A stretch of 64,000 bases of DNA from an uncultured Methylomirabilota bacterium (GCA_963845565.1 CAWJSJ010000003.1:32001-96000), one strand, 5' to 3'. Positions 18,840 to 30,117 are shown, numbered from the stretch's first letter. Notes: generated by a model not told the origin, from the letters alone. Numbers and translations are program-made.

Positions 18840-19361
18840 TCACGACACCGGGCCGCGCCGATGGAATCGGCCCCGCATCTCCGACCGCAGCGCGCGCCAC
18901 TTCTCCCACTGCTCCGGCGTCAGCTTGGACCGAAGGACGAGATACGTGTCCACGCGCCGATCCAACATGCCGCCCTGCAAGACCTTCACGCGCTCGGTGA
19001 CCGCTTTGACGGCCGCGGGGTCCGCGTCCTGCCGGCCGAGGAGTTGCCGCAATTCCTCCCGCGCCTCACAGAGGTTCTGCATCTCCCCACGCGCCTGATC
19101 CCGCTGCGATCGAAGCACGCCACGGATCTCGGTCGCCTGCTCCTGGGTCAGGCCCAACCGGTCCTGCATCCGCTGCATCATGCGATCCCCGATGAGTTGG
19201 CGGTCTTCCGGCGAGAGGAGCCCCTCCGGCCGATCGCACGGACCCCGGCCGCCCGCCATCGGTTGTGCCGTTGCGATGCCGATCGGCGCCACCATTAGTA
19301 CCCACAGAACGCCGGCGATCACGAGCCGCCTGGTGGTCCTGAACCCCGTATGCGTCTTCAT
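18840..19361 (-). CDS. Spy/CpxP family periplasmic protein
   Basis: Signal peptide, LGLTQEQ and KLTPEQ (LTxxQ) motifs. Confidence 0.82.
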   Translation of the reverse strand: MKTHTGFRTTRRLVIAGVLWVLMVAPIGIATAQPMAGGRGPCDRPEGLLSPEDRQLIGDRMMQRMQDRLGLTQEQATEIRGVLRSQRDQARGEMQNLCEAREELRQLLGRQDADPAAVKAVTERVKVLQGGMLDRRVDTYLVLRSKLTPEQWEKWRALRSEMRGRFHRRGPVS

Positions 19362-19410
19362 GGAATCCTCCTTTTCCCGCTCGATCGCGACCATGTGCCG
19401 GCGTGCGCGG

Positions 19411-19836
19411 TTACGGCCCCTTGCGCGCCGGACCGTCATCCGGTCCCCGACCCCGCCATCGCTCCATCCGCCGCTCCCACTCCTGCGCCACCGTGTCGAA
19501 TTTCGTCTGCTGCGCCGCATCCAGGACGGCGCGGATCCGCGCCTTCGACCGGTCCCGGATCTCTCGGAACCGAGGGCCGATCTCATCCCGGAGGCGGGTG
19601 AACTCCTGCCCCGCCTCCCGGAGGACCGCCTCCACCTGTTGCCGCTGCTCCGAGCGAAGGTCCAGTTCCTTGGTGAGCCGCAACACGATCCGGTCCTGGA
19701 ACCGCGCCGCGCCCTCGGGCGACCGCCAGTCGCCAACGCGCGCGTGGTACACGCCAAAGCCGACCGCGCCGCCTACGATCCCGAGGCCGAATGCCAACAG
19801 CAGCAGTAACGTGCCCTTCATCCGCGCTTTCATCAC
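19411..19836 (-). CDS. Membrane-anchored periplasmic helical protein (LTxxQ-like)
   Basis: N-terminal TM, ELDLRSEQRQQV...LDAAQQTKF. Confidence 0.7.
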   Translation of the reverse strand: MMKARMKGTLLLLLAFGLGIVGGAVGFGVYHARVGDWRSPEGAARFQDRIVLRLTKELDLRSEQRQQVEAVLREAGQEFTRLRDEIGPRFREIRDRSKARIRAVLDAAQQTKFDTVAQEWERRMERWRGRGPDDGPARKGP

Positions 19837-20286
19837 CCGTTCCCCTCCAGGACGGCGGCCAACACGGCATCCGTTTCCGGCGCATCCGAACCCAGGACGA
19901 TGTGCTCGCCTGCCGACAGGCTATCCGTGGCAAAGAATCCCGTCGGTCCCGGGGCGGAACTGGCCTGGTACAGGACGAGCAGCGTGATCACCGCCGCCGT
20001 GAACGCCGGAACCAGCCCCCACGCGGGTCTCCACAAATCTCCATTGGGAGCCGCGTAGTGGCGGGCGCCGCGTGAGCGCGTTGGTCACTCGCTCGGCGAA
20101 ACTTCCGGAGGGCGGCACGTTACCAACGCTTGCGGCGATCATCCCGCGCGCCAGCCGCGCCGCCGCCAACCGGCGCTGACAGGTCCGGCACGTCGTCAGG
20201 TGATCCCGCACCCATCCGGGCAGCTCCCGCGGCGGGACGGCCGCCAGCTCATTTCGATCGTGTTCGATCGCGCTGCACGTCTTCAT
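19833..20286 (-). CDS. Zinc-finger (HxxxCxxC) anti-sigma factor; frameshift near 20050-20065
   Basis: HLTTCRTC, then shifted-frame TM segment WGLVPAFTAAVITLLVLY. Confidence 0.72.
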
Positions 20287-20917
20287 CGCCCGCCTCTTCT
20301 GTCGTGGATTCCATCCCATCCACCAACCGCTCCGCCACCCGCCGCATGGCCCGCCGCGCCCGGTGCAGGCGAAGGCGCACGGCCAGCGCCGTACACCCCA
20401 TCATCTGACCCACCTCGGCCGCCGTGTGCCCCAGAGCGTCCGCCAAAATCAGCGCCTGCCGGTCCTTGGGCGGAAGGGGCGCCAGGGCGCGTTCCACCAG
20501 ATCGCGACGTGCCGCCGCGTCCTCCGTGCCCATCCCGCCCCCCGCAAGCCCCCGCGCCGCCGCCTGCTCGGACCAGGACAGATCCTCCCAGGCGACCTCT
20601 TGGCGTCGCCGACGCCCCCGTAGCCGGTCATAGCACAACCGGGTCGCGATTTGCGCGATCCATGGACCGAAGGGCGCGTCCGCGCGGAATCGCGATAGCG
20701 CCTCGTGTGCCTTCAGAAAGGCTTCCTGGGCCACGTCCTCCACCTCGCCCCGATCCCGCAAGAACCCCCCTGCAACATGGAACACCAGCCGCTCGTACCG
20801 GCGGACCAGGAGGCCGAAGGCCGCCGCGTCTCCCTGGAGGCTCCGCTGGACCAACTCTCCGTCCTCACCCTCATGCGTGTCGCCCTGCCTGACGCTCGGC
20901 GTGTTCATGGGTGTCAT
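20249..20917 (-). CDS. ECF RNA polymerase sigma factor
   Basis: AFGLLVRRY, VEDVAQEAFLKA, WIAQIATRLCYDRLR, VRLRLHRARRAM. Confidence 0.9.
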   Translation of the reverse strand: MTPMNTPSVRQGDTHEGEDGELVQRSLQGDAAAFGLLVRRYERLVFHVAGGFLRDRGEVEDVAQEAFLKAHEALSRFRADAPFGPWIAQIATRLCYDRLRGRRRRQEVAWEDLSWSEQAAARGLAGGGMGTEDAAARRDLVERALAPLPPKDRQALILADALGHTAAEVGQMMGCTALAVRLRLHRARRAMRRVAERLVDGMESTTEEAGDEDVQRDRTRSK

Positions 20918-20924
20918 TGTACAG

Positions 20925-20951
20925 TACGGCACAACCCTCGGCCATGTTTCA
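20925..20951 (-). promoter_or_regulatory. ECF-type autoregulatory promoter
   Basis: Minus strand TGAAAC-N17-CGTA just upstream of the sigma ATG. Confidence 0.55.
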
Positions 20952-21104
20952 GGGCGGCAATGGTGAGAAACGGACGTGCCCACCGAATTCGGAGATTCCC
21001 GCACATCCATCTCGACTCAATGGAAAGCAGCTACCTCGGATTGCATATGAATGGATCAAGCGACAACTGCGACCTGGCGGTGTGGTGCCGTTCGTTGCGG
21101 GGGG

Positions 21105-21284
21105 TTATCCGACCGGGAACCCTATCAGGCGGGCGAGAGAAACGAACGCCGCCGCCAGAGCCAACCCGGCGCCGAGCCAGAGCGCCGCACGAAGGCGACG
21201 CTCACGCTTGAGCCGTCGGTGGGCGCGGGCGCGGCGGCGCTCCTCGTCGTCCATTCGCCGCAGTTCGGCAGGTGGGCGGGGCAT
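21105..21284 (-). CDS. Small membrane protein (59 aa)
   Basis: MPRPPAELRRMDDEERRRARAHRRLKRERRLRAALWLGAGLALAAAFVSLARLIGFPVG; AGGAGGAGG RBS; below ORF-track cutoff. Confidence 0.6.
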   Translation of the reverse strand: MPRPPAELRRMDDEERRRARAHRRLKRERRLRAALWLGAGLALAAAFVSLARLIGFPVG

Positions 21285-21450
21285 CGCTCAGGGCCTCCTC
21301 CTATTCATCATGCCAAGGGAAGTGGAGAAATTCAACAACCCTCGCCACGCCCTCCCAACACCACGAAACGCACCAAAACCCCAATAGCACGCACGCCGCA
21401 CCCCGACCCCGTAACGCCCATCCCCTTGCACACCCTATCTGGTATTTTCA

Positions 21451-22553
21451 TGGGGGACGTCCATAAAAGAATAAAAGACTCCTAACTACCCCTGAGTTGT
21501 ACACCTCGTTGTTGCGCGATACGCTCTCCGCGGCGGACCGCGATGCTCACGGCGGGTTGCGTCATTCCCAGAATCTTAGCGAGCGCCGTCGCCGTGTCAC
21601 CGAGCTCCCGGACCGCCCAGTAGCAGAACAGACTGCGGGCGGCGACCACTGCGCGGAGCTGCCCGGGGTGAAAAAGAGTATCCGGCTCCACCCCGAACGC
21701 ATCCGCGGCCTGCCGGGCGAGTCCGTCGCGATTGAGACCCCGCCGCCGAACCTGCTCGCTCCGTTTCAGCTCCTCCTCCGCCATGGCAAGGATGTGCAAC
21801 ACAAACTCAGACGTTCCAAGTATCCGCTCGTCGCCCTTCACTCGAAGCGGCTGTTCCTGCTGTAACGCCTGGGCCGCCGTCCATCCCCCAAGACTGCGGA
21901 TCAGCCCCCCGCCGACCAGTTCCGGTCGGCGCCCCTTGGCGACGCCCTCGCTCAAAAAAGCCCGGTATTTTCTGCGCGCCGTCACCTCCCGCCGCGCGAA
22001 CTGTCCGAGCACGGCGTCCACCGCCTGCCACTCGTTGATCCGCTTGCCCATCAGCGTGCTGTGTCCGGAATAGGGATAGCGATCCAGTTCCTCAAGATCG
22101 CGGACCTGCTGACCCCGAAGAGGGTTCAGATGGATATACCGGACCAATTCCAACAGGTACGGCTCCTGCTCACAGAGGATGGACTTGTAGCGGTTCTGAA
22201 AAAGCGGCCCATGCCGTCGGTGGCGGCGATTGAACGTCACGGCATACCCAGTGAGCACGCGCCGCATCACCGTCGCAAGTGGCACCCGCCCGGTTTCGAG
22301 CAGAAGATGTGCATGGTTCGGCATGAGCGCCCAGGCATAGCACGGGGTCGCCGATTCTGTGAGGACCCGCTCCAGCCGCCGCAGAAACGCGGCCCGGTCG
22401 TCATCATCTCGGAAGATCTTTTGACGTTCGATCCCACGAATGATGAGGTGCTGCAGGGCCCCTGGGGCATCCAAGCGCGCATGTCGTGGCATAGTGGAAG
22501 AGTACCACGGGGAAGCCGTAAAGTCACTTTTATGGTTTTATGGACGTCCCCCA
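21451..22553. mobile_element. IR-bounded element carrying an HUH/Y1 transposase
   Basis: TGGGGGACGTCCATAAAAgaATAAAAG (21451-21477) and its inverse CTTTTATggTTTTATGGACGTCCCCCA (22527-22553), 25/27 match. Confidence 0.75.
21482..22492 (-). CDS. REP-associated tyrosine transposase-like (Y1_Tnp) with C-terminal DnaA-C-like HTH
   Basis: MPRHARLD...HLIIRGIER..IF, MPNHAHLL (HUH), GPLFQNRYKS, YIHLNP, C-term ATALAKILGMTQPAVS. Confidence 0.9.
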   Translation of the reverse strand: MPRHARLDAPGALQHLIIRGIERQKIFRDDDDRAAFLRRLERVLTESATPCYAWALMPNHAHLLLETGRVPLATVMRRVLTGYAVTFNRRHRRHGPLFQNRYKSILCEQEPYLLELVRYIHLNPLRGQQVRDLEELDRYPYSGHSTLMGKRINEWQAVDAVLGQFARREVTARRKYRAFLSEGVAKGRRPELVGGGLIRSLGGWTAAQALQQEQPLRVKGDERILGTSEFVLHILAMAEEELKRSEQVRRRGLNRDGLARQAADAFGVEPDTLFHPGQLRAVVAARSLFCYWAVRELGDTATALAKILGMTQPAVSIAVRRGERIAQQRGVQLRGS

Positions 22554-22808
22554 AGAGTTCGCTGGTTCGTCGCCCACGGCTGGGAGCGACTCCGGGAAGG
22601 CCGTGGGCGGTGGCGGTGGAACGCGCGCTGGCTCCCCTCGCGATCGGCCTCATGGCGGCGGGAGTGTACACGGTCGCCCGATCGGCGGTGCGGACTGGCC
22701 CACGGCAGCTTTCGCGGCCGGGGTGGGGATCCTCCTGGCCAAGCGCTGGCTGCCCGCCGCGGCCGTTGTCCTGGCGGCCGGCGCGTGGGTTGGCTCCTCG
22801 GCGTGTAA
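22554..22808 (+). pseudogene. Chromate transporter (ChrA) C-terminal remnant with three frameshifts
   Basis: WFVAHGWERLRE/PWAVAVERALAPLAIGLMAAGVYTVARS/DWPTAAFAAGVGILL.../GWLLGV*. Confidence 0.65.
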
Positions 22809-22984
22809 CGGAAGCGTGGCCGATTGGGTCGGGCGCGGCGGGGGATTTTTCTGACGAATCTTCGATTGCTCCATCCGGAAAACTGCGATAATTTACCTTG
22901 CTTTCCATCCGAGGCAACCGCAATCAGGCGGAACCGGGCGGACCATGACCCGCCCGCCGTGACTCTCAGAACGAGGAACGCATC

Positions 22985-23605
22985 ATGTGGGGCCCAAAGA
23001 CATCCGATCGGGATTTCTTCACCGCCTTTTCCCGACACGCCGAGGTGACGGCGCACGCGGCCGGACTGTTGGTCGAACTGTTTGAACACCCGGATCGAGA
23101 TCATCTCGCCGTGGAGATCGAGCGCGACGAGCACCAAGGGGATAAGATCCTGCACGACGTGGTCCTTGCCTTGCGCGCCACCTGGATCACGCCATTCGAC
23201 CGGCACGATATCCAGACGCTGATCTCGCGGCAGGACGACGTGCTGGATTTGATTCACGCCAGCTCAAAGCGGATTGCCCTGTTCGAGATCGAGACGACGC
23301 CGAACGACGCTCTGGCCCTGACCCGGTACATCCTGAAGGCCGCCGAGACCATTCAGACCGCCGTTCACCTGCTCAACAATCTCAAGCAGACTGAAGAGAT
23401 TTTGAAGCGCTGCGAGATCCTGAACGAGATCGAGAACGACGGCGACGAGCTATACCGGCGGGCGCTGGCGCGGCTGTACAAAAAGGGAAACGACCCTCTC
23501 GAGGTCATGAAATGGCGGGAGATCTTCGATCATCTCGAGACCGCCCTCGACCGAGGTGAAGACGTGGCAAATCAGATCGAGAGTTTGGTCCTGGAGTACT
23601 CATGA
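22985..23605 (+). CDS. DUF47 phosphate transport regulator
   Basis: EHQGDKI...TWITPFDRHDI...DDVLD...ENDGD...MKWREIF..LE...DRGED. Confidence 0.9.
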   Translation: MWGPKTSDRDFFTAFSRHAEVTAHAAGLLVELFEHPDRDHLAVEIERDEHQGDKILHDVVLALRATWITPFDRHDIQTLISRQDDVLDLIHASSKRIALFEIETTPNDALALTRYILKAAETIQTAVHLLNNLKQTEEILKRCEILNEIENDGDELYRRALARLYKKGNDPLEVMKWREIFDHLETALDRGEDVANQIESLVLEYS

Positions 23606-24612
23606 CCCTCGAACTGCTTGCCATCATCGGCCTGGCTCTGGCTTTCGATTATATCAACGGATTCCACGACGCGGCCAATTCGATCGCCACCGTCGTGTCC
23701 ACCCGCGTGCTGTCCCCCAGGGTAGCGGTGCTCTGGGCGGCCTTCTTCAACTTCATCGCGTTCATGGTCTTCGAGACCCGCGTCGCGTCCAACATCTCCA
23801 AGGGGATCGATCCGGCCGTCGCCACTTTGACCATCGTCGGCGCCGGGCTCGTGGGGGCAATCGTGTGGGATCTTCTCACCTGGTGGTGGGGGCTTCCCAC
23901 CTCCTCGTCGCATGCCCTCCTGGGCGGGTTGGCGGGGGCTGCGATCGTCAAGGCGGGGTTCGGCGCGTTGGACGCGCCGTTCTTCCTGAAAACCGCGGCC
24001 TTCATCATCGTCTCCCCCGCCCTCGGCATGCTGCTGGCCATGATCGTGATGCGCGCGCTCATGTTGTTCTTGGGCCATCGGGCACCGGGACCGCTGGATC
24101 GCCTCTTCCGGAAGCTCCAGCTCGTGTCGGCTGCCCTCTACTCGCTCGGCCACGGCGGCAACGACGCCCAGAAGACCATGGGAATCATCGTGGCCGCCCT
24201 CGCCGCCGCGGGACTCTTTCAGCATGCCCCCGCCGGCGGCCACAGTGAGATCCCGCTCTGGGTCGTGCTCTCATGCCACGCGGCGATGGCGCTTGGCACC
24301 ATGAGCGGCGGCTGGCGGATCGTGCGCACCATGGGGATGCGGATCACGAAGCTGGCGCCGACCGGCGGTTTCTGCGCCGAGACGAGCGGCGCGGCCTCGC
24401 TGTTCCTGGCGACGGCCCTGGGCGTACCCGTCTCCACCACCCATACCATCACGGGCGCCATCGTTGGGACCGGCTCGGTGCGGAAGTTCTCGGCCGTGCG
24501 CTGGGGGGTGGCCGGACGGATCGTCTGGGCGTGGATTCTGACGATCCCCGGTTCGGCCGCCATCGGCGGTGCGGCCTATCTGCTGGCGCGGGCGGTCGGC
24601 ATCCCCGGTTGA
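23602..24612 (+). CDS. pit: Inorganic phosphate transporter, PiT family
   Basis: INGFHDAANSIAT, GLPTSSSHAL, HGGNDAQKTMG, PVSTTH. Confidence 0.93.
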   Translation: MTLELLAIIGLALAFDYINGFHDAANSIATVVSTRVLSPRVAVLWAAFFNFIAFMVFETRVASNISKGIDPAVATLTIVGAGLVGAIVWDLLTWWWGLPTSSSHALLGGLAGAAIVKAGFGALDAPFFLKTAAFIIVSPALGMLLAMIVMRALMLFLGHRAPGPLDRLFRKLQLVSAALYSLGHGGNDAQKTMGIIVAALAAAGLFQHAPAGGHSEIPLWVVLSCHAAMALGTMSGGWRIVRTMGMRITKLAPTGGFCAETSGAASLFLATALGVPVSTTHTITGAIVGTGSVRKFSAVRWGVAGRIVWAWILTIPGSAAIGGAAYLLARAVGIPG

Positions 24613-24667
24613 CCCGTCAAAACGGCTCTTCGACCCCAGATCACCTCGATGGGGGACCCTTCAGAAG

Positions 24668-24699
24668 ACGAAGGCCTCGGCATTAGCCGAGGCCTTCGT
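24668..24699. terminator. 14-bp stem hairpin between convergent genes
   Basis: acgaaggcctcggc-atta-gccgaggccttcgt. Confidence 0.65.
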
Positions 24700-24863
24700 A
24701 CGTTCGAGACAATCTGTGCAACCTGTGGTTGGGGTCGTTTCGTCGCGAATGACGTTTCCACGATCCGGGCGCGGAGGCGAGAAATGGCGAAGTTCACGCC
24801 CCTGACTCCCCTGGCCGGCTTCTCTTGGGCTCCCCGACCGTCGTGCGTCCGTCACAGGCCCTG

Positions 24864-26252
<1,389 letters not shown>

Positions 26253-26297
26253 CTCACGCGCAATGAGCCAGATCGCCCGACCAGACGAACCGGAAGA

Positions 26298-26576
26298 TCA
26301 CCCGCGGCGAAACCGCCTGCGGAGAAGCTGCCAGTTCAGAATGCGCCGCAACTCTCGTTCCGAGGTGCGGAACCGGACCACCAGGCGGCCGTCAACGAAC
26401 AGGATCGGCACCTCCCGCGCGAAACGGGCGTGCAACGTAGGATCCTCCTCCACGTTCACCTCGGTGAACTCGAAGGTGATCTCCCCCGCCAGGCGCTCAC
26501 AGACAGCGCGCAGGTCGTTCCCCAGATGGCATCCTGGCCGGGTGTACAATTCGAGGCGCAGTGGCTGGAGCGGCAT
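26298..26576 (-). CDS. Glutaredoxin-like protein (DUF836)
   Basis: LYTRPGCHLG...EVNVEEDP...EVPILFVDG; second Cys absent. Confidence 0.78.
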   Translation of the reverse strand: MPLQPLRLELYTRPGCHLGNDLRAVCERLAGEITFEFTEVNVEEDPTLHARFAREVPILFVDGRLVVRFRTSERELRRILNWQLLRRRFRRG

Positions 26577-26645
26577 CGCGGCACCGAGGGGACCTTACCA
26601 CGGCCCCCCAGAGGTGTCAACGCGTCCACGAACGCGTCGACGAAA

Positions 26646-26730
26646 GCAATCAGTCATCAGCTTTCAGCTCTCCGCTTCGCCACTTCGGGTCGCTCCACGC
26701 GTCACGGCTGACCGCTGAACGCTGAACGCT
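26646..26730. repeat. Inverted heptamer microrepeat
   Basis: gcaatca gtcatca gctttca ... gctgacc gctgaac gctgaac gct. Confidence 0.65.
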
Positions 26731-26740
26731 TTCTTTCCCC

Positions 26741-26769
26741 TTGACTTGGGGCCCCCGCTGGACTATCTA
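26741..26769 (+). promoter_or_regulatory. Sigma70-like promoter for corA
   Basis: TTGACT-N17-TATCTA. Confidence 0.45.
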
Positions 26770-26818
26770 GCGCCAGAGTGGCGTCCGGGCGTCGGGGCCT
26801 CTTGAGAGGAGCGCATAC

Positions 26819-27841
26819 GTGCTACATACCCTGATCCGGCATGGGGACGGGCGCATCGAGACACCGACAGATTTGGCCTACCTCGCCGGTTTCCTGGCGG
26901 ACCCTGCCTGCCTGGTGTGGGTAGCCGTGGAGGCCGAGCCGCGAGAGACGCTCGAATCCCTGGCGGCCCTGTTCCAGCTGCACCCTATCACGCTCGACGA
27001 CCTCATCAATCGAAATCAACGGCCCAAGATCGAGGAGTTCGACGAGTACGTCTTCCTGGTCATCCACGCCCTGTGCACGGTACGCGACGACGAACTGGAC
27101 ACCGAAGAAATCGACATCGCCCTCAGGAAGAACGCTGTCCTGACGGTTCATGCGCGCCCGCTGGAGCATCTCCAGCGGGTGTTCGATCGCGCCGTCAAGG
27201 ACCCCCGCATCCTCCAGAACGGTCCGAGCTTTCTGGTGTATCTCCTGAGCGATGCCGTGGTGGACGGCTATTTTCCGGTCCTGGAGGCCCTGGAGGACGA
27301 GATAGACGCCCTGGAGGATGCAGTGGTGGAGGCGCCGGCCCGCGCTCGGATGCGCCGGGTCTTCGAGGTGAAGCGGGTCCTGGTGCAACTCCGGAAGGTT
27401 GTCAGTCCCCAGCGCGAGGTGTACAACGCGCTCAGCCGGCGCGATTACTCGTACATCGAGGCGCGGACCGCCGTCTATTTCCGGGACATCCACGATCACC
27501 TGGTGCGCGCCTTCGAGATGATCGACTCCTATCGCGACCTGGTGGCCAACACGCTCGACGCCTACCTGGCGGCCACCTCCAACCGCCTCGGCCAGGTGAT
27601 GAAGCAACTCACCGTCATCGCCACCATCTTCATGCCGCTCTCGTTTTTGACCGGCTTCTTCGGCACCAATTTCACCCGCATCCCCTACCAGAGCCCCTGG
27701 CTTCTCGCACTGATGCTGGCCGCAATGGTCACCCTGCCGATCCTGATGCTCATCGTTTTCCTGCGCCGAGGTTGGCTCACCGACAACCGGCGCATCACCT
27801 CCTGGACCCGCCTCCGCGCATGGCTATTCCGCCACCATTAG
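26819..27841 (+). CDS. corA: Magnesium/cobalt transporter CorA family
   Basis: LHP..DD...QRPKIEEF, YFRDIHDH, MKQLTVIATIFMPLSFLTGFFGTNF (GTN in place of GMN). Confidence 0.9.
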   Translation: MLHTLIRHGDGRIETPTDLAYLAGFLADPACLVWVAVEAEPRETLESLAALFQLHPITLDDLINRNQRPKIEEFDEYVFLVIHALCTVRDDELDTEEIDIALRKNAVLTVHARPLEHLQRVFDRAVKDPRILQNGPSFLVYLLSDAVVDGYFPVLEALEDEIDALEDAVVEAPARARMRRVFEVKRVLVQLRKVVSPQREVYNALSRRDYSYIEARTAVYFRDIHDHLVRAFEMIDSYRDLVANTLDAYLAATSNRLGQVMKQLTVIATIFMPLSFLTGFFGTNFTRIPYQSPWLLALMLAAMVTLPILMLIVFLRRGWLTDNRRITSWTRLRAWLFRHH

Positions 27842-27889
27842 GAGCCGTGTCGACTTGTCAACAAGTCGACTCGTCGACTCGGCGGACGG

Positions 27890-29035
27890 TCACCCGGCGA
27901 ATCGCCGCACGAAATCCAGATCGAGCGTGACCCCGAGGCCCGGCCGATCGGGAATCTCCAGATACCCGTCCCGCATGGCGAATCGCTCACGCGTGACGCC
28001 GTCCCGGAACGGATGGGGCGACCGGTCGTATTCGAAGAGCGGCTCCGCCGGAAACCGGCGCTCCGGAAAGTGCGGGAGCGCCGCAAAGAGTTGCAGCGCG
28101 GCCGACAACCCAACGCTGGTCCCCCACACATGGGGGATGACCGGCAGATTGGCAGCGCCTGCCATGGCGATGATCTTCTGCATCTCGCTGAAACCGCCAC
28201 AGGCGCAGAGATCCGGCTGGAGAACGTCCACCGCTCGGCGGTTGATCAACTCTCGGAAGCCGTACCGGGTGTACTCGCACTCGCCCCCCGCAATGAGCAT
28301 CGCTGCGTGTCGCTTTACCTCCAGGTACCCGTCCAGATCCTCGGGCGGGACCGGCTCCTCGAACCAGTACACGTCGTAGGGCTCCATGGCTCGGGCCAGG
28401 CGGATCGCCTCCGACGCGTTGTAGGCGTGGTTGGCATCCACCATCAGAAACAGGTCGGGGCCGATCGCCTCCCGGATGGCCCGGATGTACGACAGGTCGG
28501 TTCGGAGGTCGTAGCCCACCTTGAGCTTCATGCCGCAGAAGCCCGCCTGCTTGTAGCCCAGCGCCTCCTCCACCAGCGCAGCCGGAATGCTTGGCACCCC
28601 TTGTGGCTCGTAGAGGCCGGTGGCGTACACCCGCGCCTTGTGCCGATACGCTCCGCCGAGCAAGGTGTACACCGGAACGCCCAGCGCCTGTCCCTTGATG
28701 TCCCACAGCGCGATGTCGATGGCGCTCAGCGCAGAGATCGTGAGGCCTTTCTGCCCCTGGTCACGCGTCCAGTTGTAGAGCCGATCCCAGATCACCGACG
28801 TATCCATGGGGTCGCAACCCAGGAGGAGCGGCCCGAGGCCGTCCCGCATCAGCGTGGACACCACCGTGGCCGGGCCGCCGAAGTAGAACGCCTCGCCCAG
28901 CCCCTGGATCCCGGCATCCGTGGAGATGACGCAGAGCGCCGCCTGCCGCGTCCCTGTGACCCGCTGCGACCAGCCGAAGGACTTCCCTTCCAGGTTTCCA
29001 ACCAGCACGTGCGTCTCGATTCCCGTGATCCTCAT
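27890..29035 (-). CDS. Mandelate racemase/muconate lactonizing enzyme family
   Basis: SAIDIALWDIKG, MKLKVG, LMVDAN, WFEEP, AGGE, QPD, PHVW. Confidence 0.9.
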   Translation of the reverse strand: MRITGIETHVLVGNLEGKSFGWSQRVTGTRQAALCVISTDAGIQGLGEAFYFGGPATVVSTLMRDGLGPLLLGCDPMDTSVIWDRLYNWTRDQGQKGLTISALSAIDIALWDIKGQALGVPVYTLLGGAYRHKARVYATGLYEPQGVPSIPAALVEEALGYKQAGFCGMKLKVGYDLRTDLSYIRAIREAIGPDLFLMVDANHAYNASEAIRLARAMEPYDVYWFEEPVPPEDLDGYLEVKRHAAMLIAGGECEYTRYGFRELINRRAVDVLQPDLCACGGFSEMQKIIAMAGAANLPVIPHVWGTSVGLSAALQLFAALPHFPERRFPAEPLFEYDRSPHPFRDGVTRERFAMRDGYLEIPDRPGLGVTLDLDFVRRFAG

Positions 29036-29235
29036 CGCACTCTCCTCGCGAGGGCGTCGGACCCGACATGGGCCGCCCGATCCAAGCTCACGCTACTATA
29101 CCGCCACGGAACCGCGCCGGGAATCCCAACGAAGAGCATGGTCCGGTTGAGGGAAACACTTCGACCCAAAAACACTGCGGGGCTGGCAGCTCGTCGCGCT
29201 GTCAGCCCCGCATGAGACCCGTTTCGCCGTTTCGG

Positions 29236-29832
29236 TCAGGCCCGCCGGCCTCGGAGAAACTGCAGCGCGATCTCCGCCACGCGCTTGCCGTAGGCCTCCG
29301 CTGTCTCCAGGTCGCCCTTGCCGGGCGCGTCGGTGGGCGCCACCTGAAAGCTGGCGGCCATCGGACCGACGAAGGAACCGACCCGGTTGGTGGCATCCGG
29401 GCCGGGCCCCTGGATGTTGCTCATGTGCTCGGGGTGATTCGCCGCCGGCATCATGCCGGTGCCGACATAGATCATGCCGTGCTGCATCGCGTTGATGACC
29501 AGTCCCTGGAGCGTGTTCAGCTTGTCGCCCGAGAACGAGCTGGAGTTGGTAAAGGCGCCCGCGATCTTGTCCTTCCACGCCAGCGTGAACCACTTCTTCG
29601 CCGCCGCCTCCAGAAACTCCTTCATCTTCGCCGACATGCTCCCCATGTAGGTCGGGCAGCCGAAGACGATGCCGTCGGCCGCATCCAGGTCATCCAGGCG
29701 CTGCATCGCCTCTTCACTGGTGAAGAGCAACGCCTCGACCCCCTTGACGCCCGCCGCGCCGCGGTGAACCGCCTCTGCTTGCCGCTTGGTATGCCCGTAG
29801 CCGCTATGGTACACGATCGCGATCTTGGCCAT
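29236..29832 (-). CDS. WrbA-like flavodoxin family protein
   Basis: YHSGYGHT, FGCPTYMG, KDKIAGAFTNS..FSGDK. Confidence 0.88.
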   Translation of the reverse strand: MAKIAIVYHSGYGHTKRQAEAVHRGAAGVKGVEALLFTSEEAMQRLDDLDAADGIVFGCPTYMGSMSAKMKEFLEAAAKKWFTLAWKDKIAGAFTNSSSFSGDKLNTLQGLVINAMQHGMIYVGTGMMPAANHPEHMSNIQGPGPDATNRVGSFVGPMAASFQVAPTDAPGKGDLETAEAYGKRVAEIALQFLRGRRA

Positions 29833-30048
29833 GTCCTCTCCTCGTCGTGTGTGTATCGGTCCGAAAAACAGAATGGTTCCTGCGAGACCCGGAAGTTACA
29901 CGCCAGGTCTGTACTCCCAAGCGGAAGCCGTCCGGCAACGCAGAAAGTGTACCGCCCTAAGCATCCTCCATCAAACCAGAATGCCCGACCTGGTTTCGTC
30001 ACGCGCCCCGCCCAGGCCTTCCCGTCGAAAGCCCCCCCCGAAAACGCC

Positions 30049-30086
30049 GAGGGGCATCGGACCGTTTCCTCCAGCCGATGCCCCTC
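30049..30086. terminator. Hairpin downstream of the 30118-30459 gene
   Basis: gaggggcatcgg...ccgatgcccctc. Confidence 0.55.
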
Positions 30087-30117
30087 CAGTGAACCTCTGA
30101 TTCTGGCGTCTTGCCGA

